DNA of 36,192 bases from Spirochaetales bacterium (GTDB lineage: Bacteria > Spirochaetota > Spirochaetia > DSM-27196 > SLAA01): contig SLBH01000010.1 in the NCBI GenBank assembly GCA_007126415.1, forward strand, positions 1 to 36,192. Reading direction: 5' to 3'. Below, in pieces: positions 1-10,804 of the stretch. Each line of letters begins with the position of its first letter. Within the stretch, counting starts at the first letter, position 1. The position numbers and the translations under genes were made by a program. The notes beneath the pieces were generated by a model that saw only the letters and a program-made list of their open reading frames with translations, ran no database searches and was not told the DNA's origin.

Positions 1-218
1 AGTTGCCCGATGAGGCCGAGCAGTATCTTGAGCGTTTGCTCGAGCTCAGTCCGAGCCGGTGGGAAGCGCAGTTCTTGAAGGCGCGGATGCGCATTATGCA
101 GGGAAGGCCGGAAGAGGCCGTGTCGATCTACGAGCAGATCGCGGATGAAGCCCCCGGCTCTTCAGATCGCGAAGCCGCGCGCGGTAACCTGCGCGAGCTA
201 CGGGAGGCGTCGCAGTGA
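1..218 (+). CDS. TPR-repeat protein, C-terminal fragment (5' end outside window)
   Basis: The ORF is open to the window edge (codon frame starts at nt 3). The tail ...AEQYLERLLELSPSRWEAQFLKARMRIMQGRPEEAVSIYEQIA... has the helical-hairpin A/L/Y spacing of TPR repeats. Stop TGA 216-218 overlaps the next gene's GTG (GTGA). Confidence 0.55.
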   Translation, partial: LPDEAEQYLERLLELSPSRWEAQFLKARMRIMQGRPEEAVSIYEQIADEAPGSSDREAARGNLRELREASQ

Positions 219-1285
219 GTCGGGAACAGGATCGCATGCTACTGATGCTCGCGCTGAACCGTCGACAGGCGTTCAGCTCGGCCGACAAACGCTATATCGC
301 CGAGATACTGCGCGATACCGTCGATCTCGAGCGGATTCCGGAGCAGGAGCTGAACGAGATGACCGAGGGAGACCTGCTGGATGAGCTCAGCAGCCCGTGG
401 GACCCGCTGCAGCTACTCGCCGAGGCCGAGGAAGAGCTCAGCTTTCTCGAACGCCGGCAGATAGAGGTGGTGGTGTTCGGGCAACGTGAGTATCCGCCGC
501 AGCTACTGGAGCTCTACGATCCGCCTGCGGTGCTGTATCTGCGGGGCCGGTGGCCGGCGCACAGTTGTCCGCAGGTCGCGATAGTGGGTACCCGCCGACC
601 GAGCCCGGCGGCCGAGCGCGCCGCGGTCGCTCTCGGCCGCGGTTTGGCAAGAGCCGGTATACCGGTGGTCTCGGGACTCGCCCGCGGTATCGACGGGGCC
701 TCGCATCGCGGTGCGTTGCAGCTCGACGGTTCTACGGTCGCGGTGCTCGGTTCCGGGATAGACCGCATCTATCCGCCGCAGCATGCGCTGCTTGCGGCGC
801 GCATCGTTGAGGCCGGCGGCGCGATTGTGAGCGAGTACCCAACCGGGTTCGATCCCGACAAGCTGCGCTTTCCGGAGCGAAACCGCATCATCAGCGGGCT
901 CGCGCGCACCGTCGTGATCTGCGAAGCTCCCAAGAATTCCGGAGCGCTCATTACCGCCGAGTACGCGCTGGACCAGGGTCGCGATGTGGTTGTTCATGCC
1001 GCCGGCCTGCGCGGCGTGAAAGGCGCCGGCACGCGCGCGCTCGCGACCGACGGGGCCGCAGTTATCGAGACGGCCGAGGATATTCTTCGCGACTGGGGCT
1101 TGGAGCGCCGCCGCGCCGTGGCCGGATCGGCCGAGCTATCGGCGGCCGAGCTACTGGAGGCCGAGCTAGCGGCGGCCGGCGGCGGCGAGTGTAAGGGCGC
1201 CGGCGAGCGGGGCTCCACCGGCGGCTCGGCCGCGGTTGGGCAAGCCCTGGCTTTGGACCTCATGAAGGAGTTGCACCGGACATGA
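215..1285 (+). CDS. dprA: DNA-processing protein DprA (Smf)
   Basis: 356-aa ORF with the DprA Rossmann-core motifs VVSGLARGIDGASHRGAL, AVLGSGIDRIYPPQH and RFPERNRIISGL. GGGAGG lies about 7 nt upstream of GTG 215. Confidence 0.9.
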   Translation: MSREQDRMLLMLALNRRQAFSSADKRYIAEILRDTVDLERIPEQELNEMTEGDLLDELSSPWDPLQLLAEAEEELSFLERRQIEVVVFGQREYPPQLLELYDPPAVLYLRGRWPAHSCPQVAIVGTRRPSPAAERAAVALGRGLARAGIPVVSGLARGIDGASHRGALQLDGSTVAVLGSGIDRIYPPQHALLAARIVEAGGAIVSEYPTGFDPDKLRFPERNRIISGLARTVVICEAPKNSGALITAEYALDQGRDVVVHAAGLRGVKGAGTRALATDGAAVIETAEDILRDWGLERRRAVAGSAELSAAELLEAELAAAGGGECKGAGERGSTGGSAAVGQALALDLMKELHRT

Positions 1286-2235
1286 AACGCGAGCTCGACC
1301 AATACCTAGCCTATCTCTCGAGCGTGCGTAACCTGAGCCCCAGCACGATTCGCGCCTACCGGGCCGACCTCAGCGCGTTTCTCGACTGGGTCTCGAGTGA
1401 AGGACTCGCGTACGAAGAGCTGTCGCTTCGCGACGCGCGCGCGTATGTCGCGCACTTAACGCGCAATAATGCGGCCGGAACGTCGGTGAACCGCGCGCTC
1501 TCGGCGCTCAAGGGGTTCTATCGGCATCTCGTTCGTGTGGGTGCGCGCGAATCATCACCGTTCGACGGCGTGCGCAGCCAGACGAACCGGCGTAGACTGC
1601 CCGAGTTTCTGTTTGAGCAAGAGATGCAGCGCGTACTCGAGATAGACGGCACCGGTTTCCTCGATCTGCGAGATCGGGTGTTGCTCGAGGTACTGTACTC
1701 CGCCGGAGTGCGCATCAGCGAATGCGTTGGGATTAACGTGACCGACCTCAACCTCACGCGCAAGACCGTTGTGGTGCACGGCAAAGGGCGTAAGGACCGC
1801 GCGGTGTTTCTCGGCGATCCTGCGCTTGCGGCGGTAAAAGAGTATCTGCCGATGCGCGAAGCCTTTCTGCGGCGCAAAGGCTTGAGGCATGAACAGGCGT
1901 TGTTGTTAAACAGCCGAGGTGGTAGGCTGTCGGCGAGGGGTGCGGCCGAGATCGTGCATAAGCGTGTCGAACGTGCCGATACGAGCAAGCATGTCACTCC
2001 GCACACGTTTCGGCATAGTTTCGCCACGCACGTGCTCGAGCACGGCGCCGATATACGCGTGGTGCAGGAGTTGTTGGGGCACTCGAGCCTCTCGACAACG
2101 CAGATCTATACGCATATGGGGCTCGGAGCGTTGCGCGAGATCTATGCACTGGCGCACCCGCACGGAACGCGACGCACGAAAAACGGAAATAAGGAAGCAT
2201 TATGGGAACACAAGGGAACAAACGCCAAGAGGTAA
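1282..2235 (+). CDS. xerC: Tyrosine site-specific recombinase, XerC/XerD (CodV) family
   Basis: 317 aa. The N-terminal core-binding domain reads [29 protein letters not shown]. The catalytic C-terminus reads [42 protein letters not shown] overlap with the dprA stop. XerC versus XerD cannot be settled by eye. A roughly 25-aa C-terminal tail overlaps hslV by 34 nt. Confidence 0.88.
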   Translation: MKRELDQYLAYLSSVRNLSPSTIRAYRADLSAFLDWVSSEGLAYEELSLRDARAYVAHLTRNNAAGTSVNRALSALKGFYRHLVRVGARESSPFDGVRSQTNRRRLPEFLFEQEMQRVLEIDGTGFLDLRDRVLLEVLYSAGVRISECVGINVTDLNLTRKTVVVHGKGRKDRAVFLGDPALAAVKEYLPMREAFLRRKGLRHEQALLLNSRGGRLSARGAAEIVHKRVERADTSKHVTPHTFRHSFATHVLEHGADIRVVQELLGHSSLSTTQIYTHMGLGALREIYALAHPHGTRRTKNGNKEALWEHKGTNAKR

Positions 2236-2755
2236 GGTCCACAACGGTGGTCGCGGTTCGCCACAACGGCGCGATCGCGATGGCCGGCGACGGACAGGTC
2301 ACCATGGGCGATACCGTCTTGAAGGGTACCGCGCGTAAGGTGCGCAAGATTTACGACGACAGGATTCTGGTGGGCTTCGCGGGAGCTACCGCCGACGCAT
2401 TTACGCTGTTTGAACGGTTCGAGGGCAAGGTCAAGGAGTACTCAGGAGATATAACGCGTGGGGCGGTTGAGCTCGCAAAGGAGTGGCGTACCGATCGAAT
2501 GCTTCGCCGTTTAGAAGCGCTGCTGTTGGTAGCCGACAAGGACAAGATCCTCGAGATCACCGGTAACGGCGATGTCGTTGAGCCCGATTACGGCGTGATA
2601 GCGATTGGGTCGGGCGGGGCGTATGCGCAGGCCGCTGCGCGTGCGTACCTCGATTCCTCATCGCTGAGCGCGCGCGAGATCGCCGAGCGTTCGTTGCAGA
2701 TTGCGGCCGATATCTGCATCTACACCAACTCCCAGATAGTGGTGGAGGAGATCAC

Positions 2756-2759
<4 letters not shown>
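2202..2759 (+). CDS. hslV: ATP-dependent protease subunit HslV (ClpQ)
   Basis: 185 aa. Ntn-hydrolase signature ...[22 protein letters not shown]... plus [23 protein letters not shown] about 5 nt upstream of the ATG. Confidence 0.93.
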
Positions 2760-4204
<1,445 letters not shown>

Positions 4205-4218
4205 CGCGGCGTTCGGGA

Positions 4219-4257
4219 GCCGTTCGGGGAAAGGGTGCCGTGCGGGGCCCGAACGGC
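4219..4257 (+). terminator. GC-rich inverted repeat just downstream of hslU (possible terminator/attenuator or binding site; no U-tract)
   Basis: gccgttcggg (4219-4228) is the perfect reverse complement of cccgaacggc (4248-4257), with a 19-nt loop. It starts 15 nt after the hslU stop. It is not followed by a T run. Confidence 0.25.
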
Positions 4258-4354
4258 CGGAAGCCGAGCAGCGGCGAAATAAGGACTTAGCGTGTGCGCT
4301 ATATCGGCCGAAACTAGAAAACGATGAAGACTCGTGAACGAGGAGCATACAACA

Positions 4355-4774
4355 ATGTTTAGTGGTAATACCTTCGGACGGACGGCCGATATATTACACC
4401 GGTCTATGGACGTGAGTCTGATGCGTCAGGACGTGATCGCCGACAATATCGCGAACTCAGACACGCCGAACTTCCGGCGCAGCGTCGTGAACTTCGAGAC
4501 GCAACTTCGCGACGCGCTCGAAAGCGAGCGTCCGCCGCGCTTCCGGGAGCGTCTTACAAACGAGCGCCACATTCCGTTCCACCGCCCGACCGATTATCGC
4601 TCGGTGCGCCCGGTACGGCAGCTCGACTACTTCACACAGACCAAGAACAACGGAAACAACGTCGATATCGAGGAAGAGACCATGAACCAGCTGCAGAACC
4701 AGCTGATGTACACCATGATGTCGAACTCCTTGAACTCCGAGTTTCGCCGTGTGAATCTGGTGCTGCGAGGATAG
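4355..4774 (+). CDS. flgB: Flagellar basal-body rod protein FlgB
   Basis: FlgB signature ...MRQDVIADNIANSDTPNFRR... The ORF opens at GTG 4334, but ATG 4355 sits about 9 nt after AGGAG (4341-4345), so the ATG is preferred. The stop is unambiguous. Confidence 0.9.
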   Translation: MFSGNTFGRTADILHRSMDVSLMRQDVIADNIANSDTPNFRRSVVNFETQLRDALESERPPRFRERLTNERHIPFHRPTDYRSVRPVRQLDYFTQTKNNGNNVDIEEETMNQLQNQLMYTMMSNSLNSEFRRVNLVLRG

Positions 4775-4787
4775 GGGGTAACCGAGT

Positions 4788-5246
4788 ATGGGCATGTTTT
4801 CGAGCATTAACACCGCCTCGAGCGGACTCACTGCGCAACGCTTGCGACAGGACGTGATCGCCGACAATATCGCGAACGTCAATACCACCAGGACTACCGA
4901 AGGCGGTCCGTTCCGTAGGAGCCGAGTGGTGATGCGCCCGCGTGTAGACCAGCCTTACTGGAGGACGCCGTTTCTGCCGCGTCCGCTCGATCACGGCGTC
5001 GGCAATGGGGTGCGAGTTACCAGTGTAGAGAAAGACATGGACGCCGACCCGCGTCTGGTTTGGGACCCCACGCACCCCGACGCTATACAGTCGGGGCCAA
5101 ACGAAGGCTACGTCGAGATGCCGAATGTCAACGTCGTAAGCGAGATGACCGACATGATCTCGGCTTCGCGCTCTTACGAAGCCAATCTTTCGGTAATAGA
5201 CGGAGCTAAGAACATGTTCGAGCGCGCGCTCGACATCGGTAGGTAA
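4788..5246 (+). CDS. flgC: Flagellar basal-body rod protein FlgC
   Basis: 152 aa. The N-terminus reads MGMFSSINTASSGLTAQRLRQDVIADNIANVNTTRT. The C-terminus reads VEMPNVNVVSEMTDMISASRSYEANL. Confidence 0.94.
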   Translation: MGMFSSINTASSGLTAQRLRQDVIADNIANVNTTRTTEGGPFRRSRVVMRPRVDQPYWRTPFLPRPLDHGVGNGVRVTSVEKDMDADPRLVWDPTHPDAIQSGPNEGYVEMPNVNVVSEMTDMISASRSYEANLSVIDGAKNMFERALDIGR

Positions 5247-5264
5247 GAGAGCGGGAGGTACTAG

Positions 5265-5591
5265 ATGAACGTGTTTGGACCAGAGCAGGCCGGGGGGCAT
5301 ATCATACAACTGCACCGCACGAACCCGGGGCATCTGCCCGGGAAGTTCGACGCGGCGCCGAGCGAACGCGCCGAGGGCTTCGCGGGAATGCTGTTCGAGA
5401 GCCTCGACGGAGTGAACCGCCGGCAGCATCAGCACGCCGATCTTTCGGTGCAGGCGCTTGTTGATCCGGACTCGGTCAATCCGCACGATGTAACGATAGC
5501 CGGAGCAAAGGCGGAGATGTCTTTGAATATAACCAAGAATGTTGTCGATAGAGTGATTCGCGCGTACCGCGATATCACGACGGTCCGATAG
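5265..5591 (+). CDS. fliE: Flagellar hook-basal body complex protein FliE
   Basis: 108 aa. FAGMLFESLDGVNRRQ... and C-terminal ...KAEMSLNITKNVVDRVIRAYRDI match the FliE pattern. GGGAGG RBS. Positioned between flgC and fliF. Confidence 0.88.
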   Translation: MNVFGPEQAGGHIIQLHRTNPGHLPGKFDAAPSERAEGFAGMLFESLDGVNRRQHQHADLSVQALVDPDSVNPHDVTIAGAKAEMSLNITKNVVDRVIRAYRDITTVR

Positions 5592-5640
5592 GTAGCCGCC
5601 GATGTAGACGGAGCTTTTTCGGAATACTGGGAGGGGAACA

Positions 5641-7347
5641 ATGAGAGAGTGGCTCAGAAAGGCGTTCGGCCAGATATCCGGCCTCTGGACGCAATGGAAG
5701 CCCGTACAAAAGGCAATTTTCGCGAGCGTCATCGGTGTCGCAGTTCTGGGTATCGTGCTGTTGGTAACGTTCAGCGCGCGACCCAGCATGGTTCCTCTTC
5801 TCAGCAGGCCGGTCACCGACGACGCAGTGCTCGACCGCATCGCGCTGCGGCTCGATGAGGAGCGAATCGAGTACCGCATCACCGGCGATAACCTCATTAT
5901 GGTGGAGGATCAGCGCACCGCGCAGCGCGCCCGCACGATCTTGGTCCGTGAGAACCTGGTACCCAGCGAGGCCGATCCGTGGGATCTCTTCGATGTGGAG
6001 CGCTGGACCCAGACCGATTTCGAGCGCAACGTGAACCTGCGGCGCTCGATCACCAGACAGCTCGAGCAGCATATCACCGCGCTAGAGGATATAGACTCCG
6101 CGAGCGTTACCCTTGTGCTGCCGGAACGCGAGTTGTTTCTCGAGGATCAGGCGCCGGTCACCGCCTCGGTTATCGTGAGCCCCCGACCCGGAAGCGATTT
6201 TCGTGAGAATCGCGCCAAGGTCGAAGGCATCGAACGGCTGATACAGCTTGCGGTCGAGGACCTGCAGCCCGAGAACATCACGATCACCGACCGGCGCGGA
6301 ATAGTGCTGAACGACTTCGAGCGCATGCAGGACTTTGATGAGCTGGAGTTAACTCGCCGTGAGCTCGCGCTGATGCGCGACAAAGAGCGCGAGTATCGCG
6401 AAGCGATCATCGACGCGCTGCGGCAGATCTACGGTTCCGACCGCGTCAAGATTCTCAACATCGACGTCGATCTCGATCTCGGGAAGCGCACCACCGAGAC
6501 CGAGGAGCACTTTCCGATCACCACACGGCCGAACAATCCGCTCACCCCGTTCGATGACTCCGAGTTCGTACTTTCGATCCCGCGCTCTTCGGAGCAGCTG
6601 AGTGAGGAGTACCGTGGAACCGGCTTCAACCCGCAAGGGCCTCCCGGACAGGAGGGGCAAACGCCGCCGGCGTATCGAGATCTCGAGGGTCTAATCGGCG
6701 AGTGGTCGAGTAGCGAGGACCGCACCAATTACGAGATCAACACCCGCCGAATTCTCGAGCGCGGCAGCCCCAGCATTCGGCGTATCACCGCGAGCGTCGC
6801 GCTGGACGGTCGCTGGGAGCGCCGGTATACTGAGGATGGAGACGTTATCTTTAACCCCGACGGAAGCATCGCGCGCGATTACATCCCTGTGGAGGACGGT
6901 GATCTCGAGACCGCTGAGGATCTTGTGCGGCACGCGGTGGGGTTCAGCGAGGAACGCGGCGACAGCGTGACGGTGCGCAACGTACAGTTCGACCGAAGCG
7001 ATATGTTCGCCGAGGAAGACGCCGAGTACCGGCGTCGCCGTCAGATTCAGATGATCATCCTCTACAGCCTGATCGGTATCGCCGCGATCCTCGTGATTTT
7101 TATCGCGTTTCGGCTCATATCGCGCGAGATCGAGCGTCGAAGGCGGCTCAAGGAAGAGGAGCTCGCGAGGCAGCACCAGGCGATGCGCGAGGCGGCGTTA
7201 CGGAGCGCCGAGGAAGAAGGAACCGAAGTCGAGATGTCGGTCGAGGAGCGTGCTCGGCTCGAGATGCAAGAGAACGCGATCAATATGGCGCGTGAGCATC
7301 CCGAAGACGTGGCACAGCTCATACGCACCTGGTTGATGGAGGAGTAG
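5641..7347 (+). CDS. fliF: Flagellar M-ring protein FliF
   Basis: 568 aa. N-terminal TM (IFASVIGVAVLGIVLLV), periplasmic YscJ/FliF ring-building region, second TM (IILYSLIGIAAILVIFIAF) and a FliG-binding tail ...EDVAQLIRTWLMEE. Confidence 0.94.
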   Translation: MREWLRKAFGQISGLWTQWKPVQKAIFASVIGVAVLGIVLLVTFSARPSMVPLLSRPVTDDAVLDRIALRLDEERIEYRITGDNLIMVEDQRTAQRARTILVRENLVPSEADPWDLFDVERWTQTDFERNVNLRRSITRQLEQHITALEDIDSASVTLVLPERELFLEDQAPVTASVIVSPRPGSDFRENRAKVEGIERLIQLAVEDLQPENITITDRRGIVLNDFERMQDFDELELTRRELALMRDKEREYREAIIDALRQIYGSDRVKILNIDVDLDLGKRTTETEEHFPITTRPNNPLTPFDDSEFVLSIPRSSEQLSEEYRGTGFNPQGPPGQEGQTPPAYRDLEGLIGEWSSSEDRTNYEINTRRILERGSPSIRRITASVALDGRWERRYTEDGDVIFNPDGSIARDYIPVEDGDLETAEDLVRHAVGFSEERGDSVTVRNVQFDRSDMFAEEDAEYRRRRQIQMIILYSLIGIAAILVIFIAFRLISREIERRRRLKEEELARQHQAMREAALRSAEEEGTEVEMSVEERARLEMQENAINMAREHPEDVAQLIRTWLMEE

Positions 7348-7350
7348 GGT

Positions 7351-8418
7351 ATGGCCAAAGCACGAGGTGGTGCAGCCGCCGGCGCCCAGCAACAACAGAA
7401 AAAAGGCAGCGGTCAGAAGAAGGAGCTCAACGGCCGGCAGAAGGCCGCAATCTTTCTTGTTACACTCGGCAGCGAGATCTCCTCCGAGATCTTCAAGCAT
7501 ATGCGAGAGGACGAGATAGAGACCCTGACCTTCGAGATCGCACGGCTTGAAAGTATCGATTCCGAAGACCGTGACCGGGTTCTGCAAGAGTTTCAGGAAC
7601 TCATGATGGCGCAGGACTTCATCACGAGCGGCGGTATCGATTACGCGCGTGAGTTGCTCGAGAAGTCGCTGGGGTCGCAGAAGGCGGTCGACATCATCAA
7701 TCGCCTTACCTCGAGTCTCCAGGTGCGGCCGTTCGATTTCATTCGACGAACCGACCCGACGCACCTCTTGAACTTCATCCAACAGGAGCATCCGCAGACG
7801 ATTGCGCTGATTCTCGCGTACCTCGAGCCGCAGAAGGCGTCGATCATTCTCTCGAGCCTGCCGCACGATATTCAGTCCGATGTTGCAAAGCGAATCGCAA
7901 CGATGGACCGCACCTCGCCGGAAGTGCTCCGCGAGGTAGAACGCGTGCTCGAGAAGAAGCTCTCCACGCTCTCTAGCGAGGACTACACAGCCGCGGGCGG
8001 TGTCGAGAGTATCGTCGAGATTCTCAACCTGGTAGACCGCTCCACCGAGAAGACAATCATCGAGAGTCTCGAGGAAGAGGATCCGGAGCTCGCCGAGGAC
8101 ATCAAGAAGCGCATGTTCGTGTTCGAGGATATCGTTATGCTCGACGATCGCGCGATACAGAAGGTGCTGCGTGAGGTCGATACCTCCGAGCTTGCGAAAG
8201 CGCTCAAATCTGTCGATACCGAAGTACAGGACAAGATCTTTCGCAACATGTCGAAGCGCGCAGCGACGTTGCTCAAGGAAGACATGGAGTACATGGGCCC
8301 GATTCGCATGAAGGACGTCGAAGAGTCACAGCAGAAGATAGTTTCGATCATCCGCAAACTCGAAGAGCAAGGCGAGATTGTGGTTGCGCGTGCCGGCGAA
8401 GACGAACTGGTGGTGTAG
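7351..8418 (+). CDS. fliG: Flagellar motor switch protein FliG
   Basis: 355 aa. GRQKAAIFLVTLG, EHPQTIALILAYLEP and the C-terminal torque-helix region MSKRAATLLKEDMEYMGPIRMKDVEESQQKIV. It has a roughly 25-aa Gln/Lys/Gly-rich N-terminal extension. Confidence 0.94.
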   Translation: MAKARGGAAAGAQQQQKKGSGQKKELNGRQKAAIFLVTLGSEISSEIFKHMREDEIETLTFEIARLESIDSEDRDRVLQEFQELMMAQDFITSGGIDYARELLEKSLGSQKAVDIINRLTSSLQVRPFDFIRRTDPTHLLNFIQQEHPQTIALILAYLEPQKASIILSSLPHDIQSDVAKRIATMDRTSPEVLREVERVLEKKLSTLSSEDYTAAGGVESIVEILNLVDRSTEKTIIESLEEEDPELAEDIKKRMFVFEDIVMLDDRAIQKVLREVDTSELAKALKSVDTEVQDKIFRNMSKRAATLLKEDMEYMGPIRMKDVEESQQKIVSIIRKLEEQGEIVVARAGEDELVV

Positions 8419-8427
8419 GAAACGAGT

Positions 8428-9345
8428 ATGGCGAAGAACGTGTTCCGCTCAGGCGAGGTTGCGGTGTCTCAGAGCCGTGTTTTCATTCCCGCGCCGGAGC
8501 AGCGCATTGCTCCGGTCACGATCGACGAAGCCCCGGAGCCCGAGGAGTACAGCGGTCCTACCGCCGACGACCTTAGGCGCGAGGCCGAGGAGTTCAAAAA
8601 GCAGTGGGACGCCGAGCGCGAGAAGATGATCGCCGAGGCTCGCGAGGAAGCAGAACGTATCGTCGCCGAAGCCGAGCAGACCGCGTTCGACGAGGTCAAG
8701 AAGAAGAACGAACAGGCCCATCAGGTTAAGCACGAGGGCGAGCAGGAAGCCGAGCGCATCAAGCAGGAGGCTCAGCAGCAAGCTGAGCAAATTGTGCAGG
8801 AGGCGGAGCAAAAGGCTCGCCAAACCGAAACCGGCGCGTTTGAACGTGGACGTAAGGAAGGGCACGAGCAAGGTTTTCGGGAAGGGCATGCCGAGGCCGA
8901 GCGCGTGATCGAGCGCCTGCACACTATACTCAACCGCGCGATAGATCGCCGCAAGCAAATTCTCGAGGAAAGCGAGTCGCAGATCGTGCACCTGGTGCTG
9001 GAGATCTCAAAGAAGGTCGTGAAGGTCCTTTCCGAGAACCAGAAGAACATCGTGATCAACAACGTGGTGCAGGCGTTGCAGAAACTCAAGGCCAAGTCGG
9101 ACGTGATTGTGCGCGTAAACTTCGCCGACCTCGAGATGACGAGCAAACATGTAGAGACCATCGTTGAGCGTATCGAGCGTGTGGGCAACATCACGGTGGC
9201 CGAGGATTCGTCGGTTGACCCGGGAGGCTGTGTGATAGAAACCGATTTCGGTGAGATAGACGCGCGAATATCGTCGCAGCTGCGCGAGATAGAAGACCGC
9301 ATTCTGGAGCTCGCACCGATTCGAACGTACCAGCGCCAGGAGTGA
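8428..9345 (+). CDS. fliH: Flagellar assembly protein FliH
   Basis: 305 aa. A long Glu/Gln/Ala coiled coil is followed by a FliH-type C-terminal domain (...VRVNFADLEM...GGCVIETDFGEIDARI...). It lies between fliG and fliI. Confidence 0.85.
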   Translation: MAKNVFRSGEVAVSQSRVFIPAPEQRIAPVTIDEAPEPEEYSGPTADDLRREAEEFKKQWDAEREKMIAEAREEAERIVAEAEQTAFDEVKKKNEQAHQVKHEGEQEAERIKQEAQQQAEQIVQEAEQKARQTETGAFERGRKEGHEQGFREGHAEAERVIERLHTILNRAIDRRKQILEESESQIVHLVLEISKKVVKVLSENQKNIVINNVVQALQKLKAKSDVIVRVNFADLEMTSKHVETIVERIERVGNITVAEDSSVDPGGCVIETDFGEIDARISSQLREIEDRILELAPIRTYQRQE

Positions 9346-9385
9346 TTGCCCGGCGCGCGCCGTGTACGGGAAGGAGGGGCCCGTC

Positions 9386-10804
9386 GTGAGCGTTTTAGAT
9401 AAGTATACCGCGCTACTGGACCGTCTAGACCCGATCAAGCAGATCGGGCGGGTACAACGCGCTCAAGGACTGATTCTCGAAAGTAACGGCCCGCAGGCAT
9501 CGGTGGGCGAGCTGTGCCAAATTGTGCTCAGCAGCCTGACCGTCTGGGCGGAGGTGGTGGGGCTGCACGGCAACATCGTGCAGCTGATGCCGTTCAGCGA
9601 GGTTTCGGGCGTGGCGGTTGGCGCACCGGTGATAGCAACCGGCGACCGCTTGCGCGTACCGGTCTCGGACAAACTGCTGGGGCGGGTTCTTGACGCGCGC
9701 GGCTTCCCGATAGACGGAGGCCCCGATATCGGCTCGGCCGAGTTCTACCCGGCAGTCGCGGACCCGCCCGAGGTGCTGGAGCGTAGCCGAATCGACGAAC
9801 AGATGGTTACCGGGGTCCGCGCGATCGACGGGTTCATCGCAACCGGGAAGGGGCAACGGCTCGGTGTATTCTCCGGAAGCGGCGTCGGCAAGAGCACCTT
9901 GATCGGCATGATCGCGCGTAACACCGCAGCCGACGTCAATGTCATTGCGTTGATCGGTGAGCGTGGTCGTGAGGTGCGCGAGTTCATCGAGAACGATCTC
10001 GGCGAGGAGGGGCTTGCCCGTTCGGTGGTGGTGGTCTCTACCTCCAACACTCCTCCGCTCGCACGCCTGCGCGGCGCGTATGTTGCTACCGCGGTAGCCG
10101 AGTATTTTCGTGACCGCGGCAAAGACGTCACGTTGTTGTTCGACTCGGTAACGCGCTTTGCGCGCGCTCAGCGCGAAATTGGGCTCGCGGTCGGCGAGAC
10201 TCCGGCAAACCGCGGCTTCCCGCCGTCGATGTTTTCGTTGCTTCCTAAGCTGCTCGAGCGTAGCGGTACTTCCGGCAGCGGGAGCATCACCGGGTTTTAC
10301 AGCATCCTTGTGGAAGGTGACGACATGGACGAGCCGGTTGCGGATACGGTTCGTGGTATTCTCGATGGGCACCTCGTGCTCAGCCGTCGCCTCGCCGAAC
10401 GCTATCACTACCCCGCAGTCGATGTGCTCGGTTCGGTGTCGCGGCTTGCAAACAAGATCCTACCGAAGGATGTGCAGCAAGCCGCAGGGCAGTTGCGGCG
10501 AATGCTCGCGGTGTATCGCGATGCCGAGGACTTGATCAACGTCGGCGCCTACACGCGCGGCAGCAATCCGGAGATCGATGAAGCGATCGAGCGCGTGCCG
10601 CTTATCAACCAGTTCTTGCGGCAGGATGTGGAGGAGAAGGCGACGGTCGAGGATACGCAGCAGCGCGTGCTCGAGCTCGCCGGCATGGCGGAGCCCGCGC
10701 ACCCCCAGGAGTCCGCCGACGCGCCTGCGGTCACGGCGCCGCCGGCCTCGAGCGCTGCGGCGCTTCTGAACGGCATGGAGCCGATGGAGCGCGCCGATGC
10801 GTGA
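9386..10804 (+). CDS. fliI: Flagellum-specific ATPase FliI
   Basis: Walker A GSGVGKSTL and Walker B region TLLFDSVTRFA, typical of a T3SS/F1-type ATPase. The ORF opens at GTG 9362, but GTG 9386 lies about 8 nt after AGGAGG (9372-9377). Either start gives the same protein core. Confidence 0.93.
   Translation: MSVLDKYTALLDRLDPIKQIGRVQRAQGLILESNGPQASVGELCQIVLSSLTVWAEVVGLHGNIVQLMPFSEVSGVAVGAPVIATGDRLRVPVSDKLLGRVLDARGFPIDGGPDIGSAEFYPAVADPPEVLERSRIDEQMVTGVRAIDGFIATGKGQRLGVFSGSGVGKSTLIGMIARNTAADVNVIALIGERGREVREFIENDLGEEGLARSVVVVSTSNTPPLARLRGAYVATAVAEYFRDRGKDVTLLFDSVTRFARAQREIGLAVGETPANRGFPPSMFSLLPKLLERSGTSGSGSITGFYSILVEGDDMDEPVADTVRGILDGHLVLSRRLAERYHYPAVDVLGSVSRLANKILPKDVQQAAGQLRRMLAVYRDAEDLINVGAYTRGSNPEIDEAIERVPLINQFLRQDVEEKATVEDTQQRVLELAGMAEPAHPQESADAPAVTAPPASSAAALLNGMEPMERADA

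Noticed and set aside
1281-1295. Identical 15-nt string catgaaacgcgagct at the start of both xerC (1281) and hslU (2755). Both proteins begin MKREL.
   Set aside because: The string is short, both copies are coding, and both sit in the same ATGA overlap context after a purine-rich RBS. There is no extended similarity on either side. Coincidence or shared optimal initiation context, not a repeat element.
2047-2054. Exact or near-exact sigma-28 -10 boxes: GCCGATAT at 2047, 2706, 4385 and 15648, and GCCGATAC at 24438.
   Set aside because: All lie inside coding sequence, and the 24438 copy overlaps the flhA start codon. None has TAAA at the required 15-nt spacing upstream. At 24438 the nearest TAAA is 17 nt away. 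They are most simply Ala-Asp-Ile / Gly-Arg-Tyr-type codon strings, not promoters.
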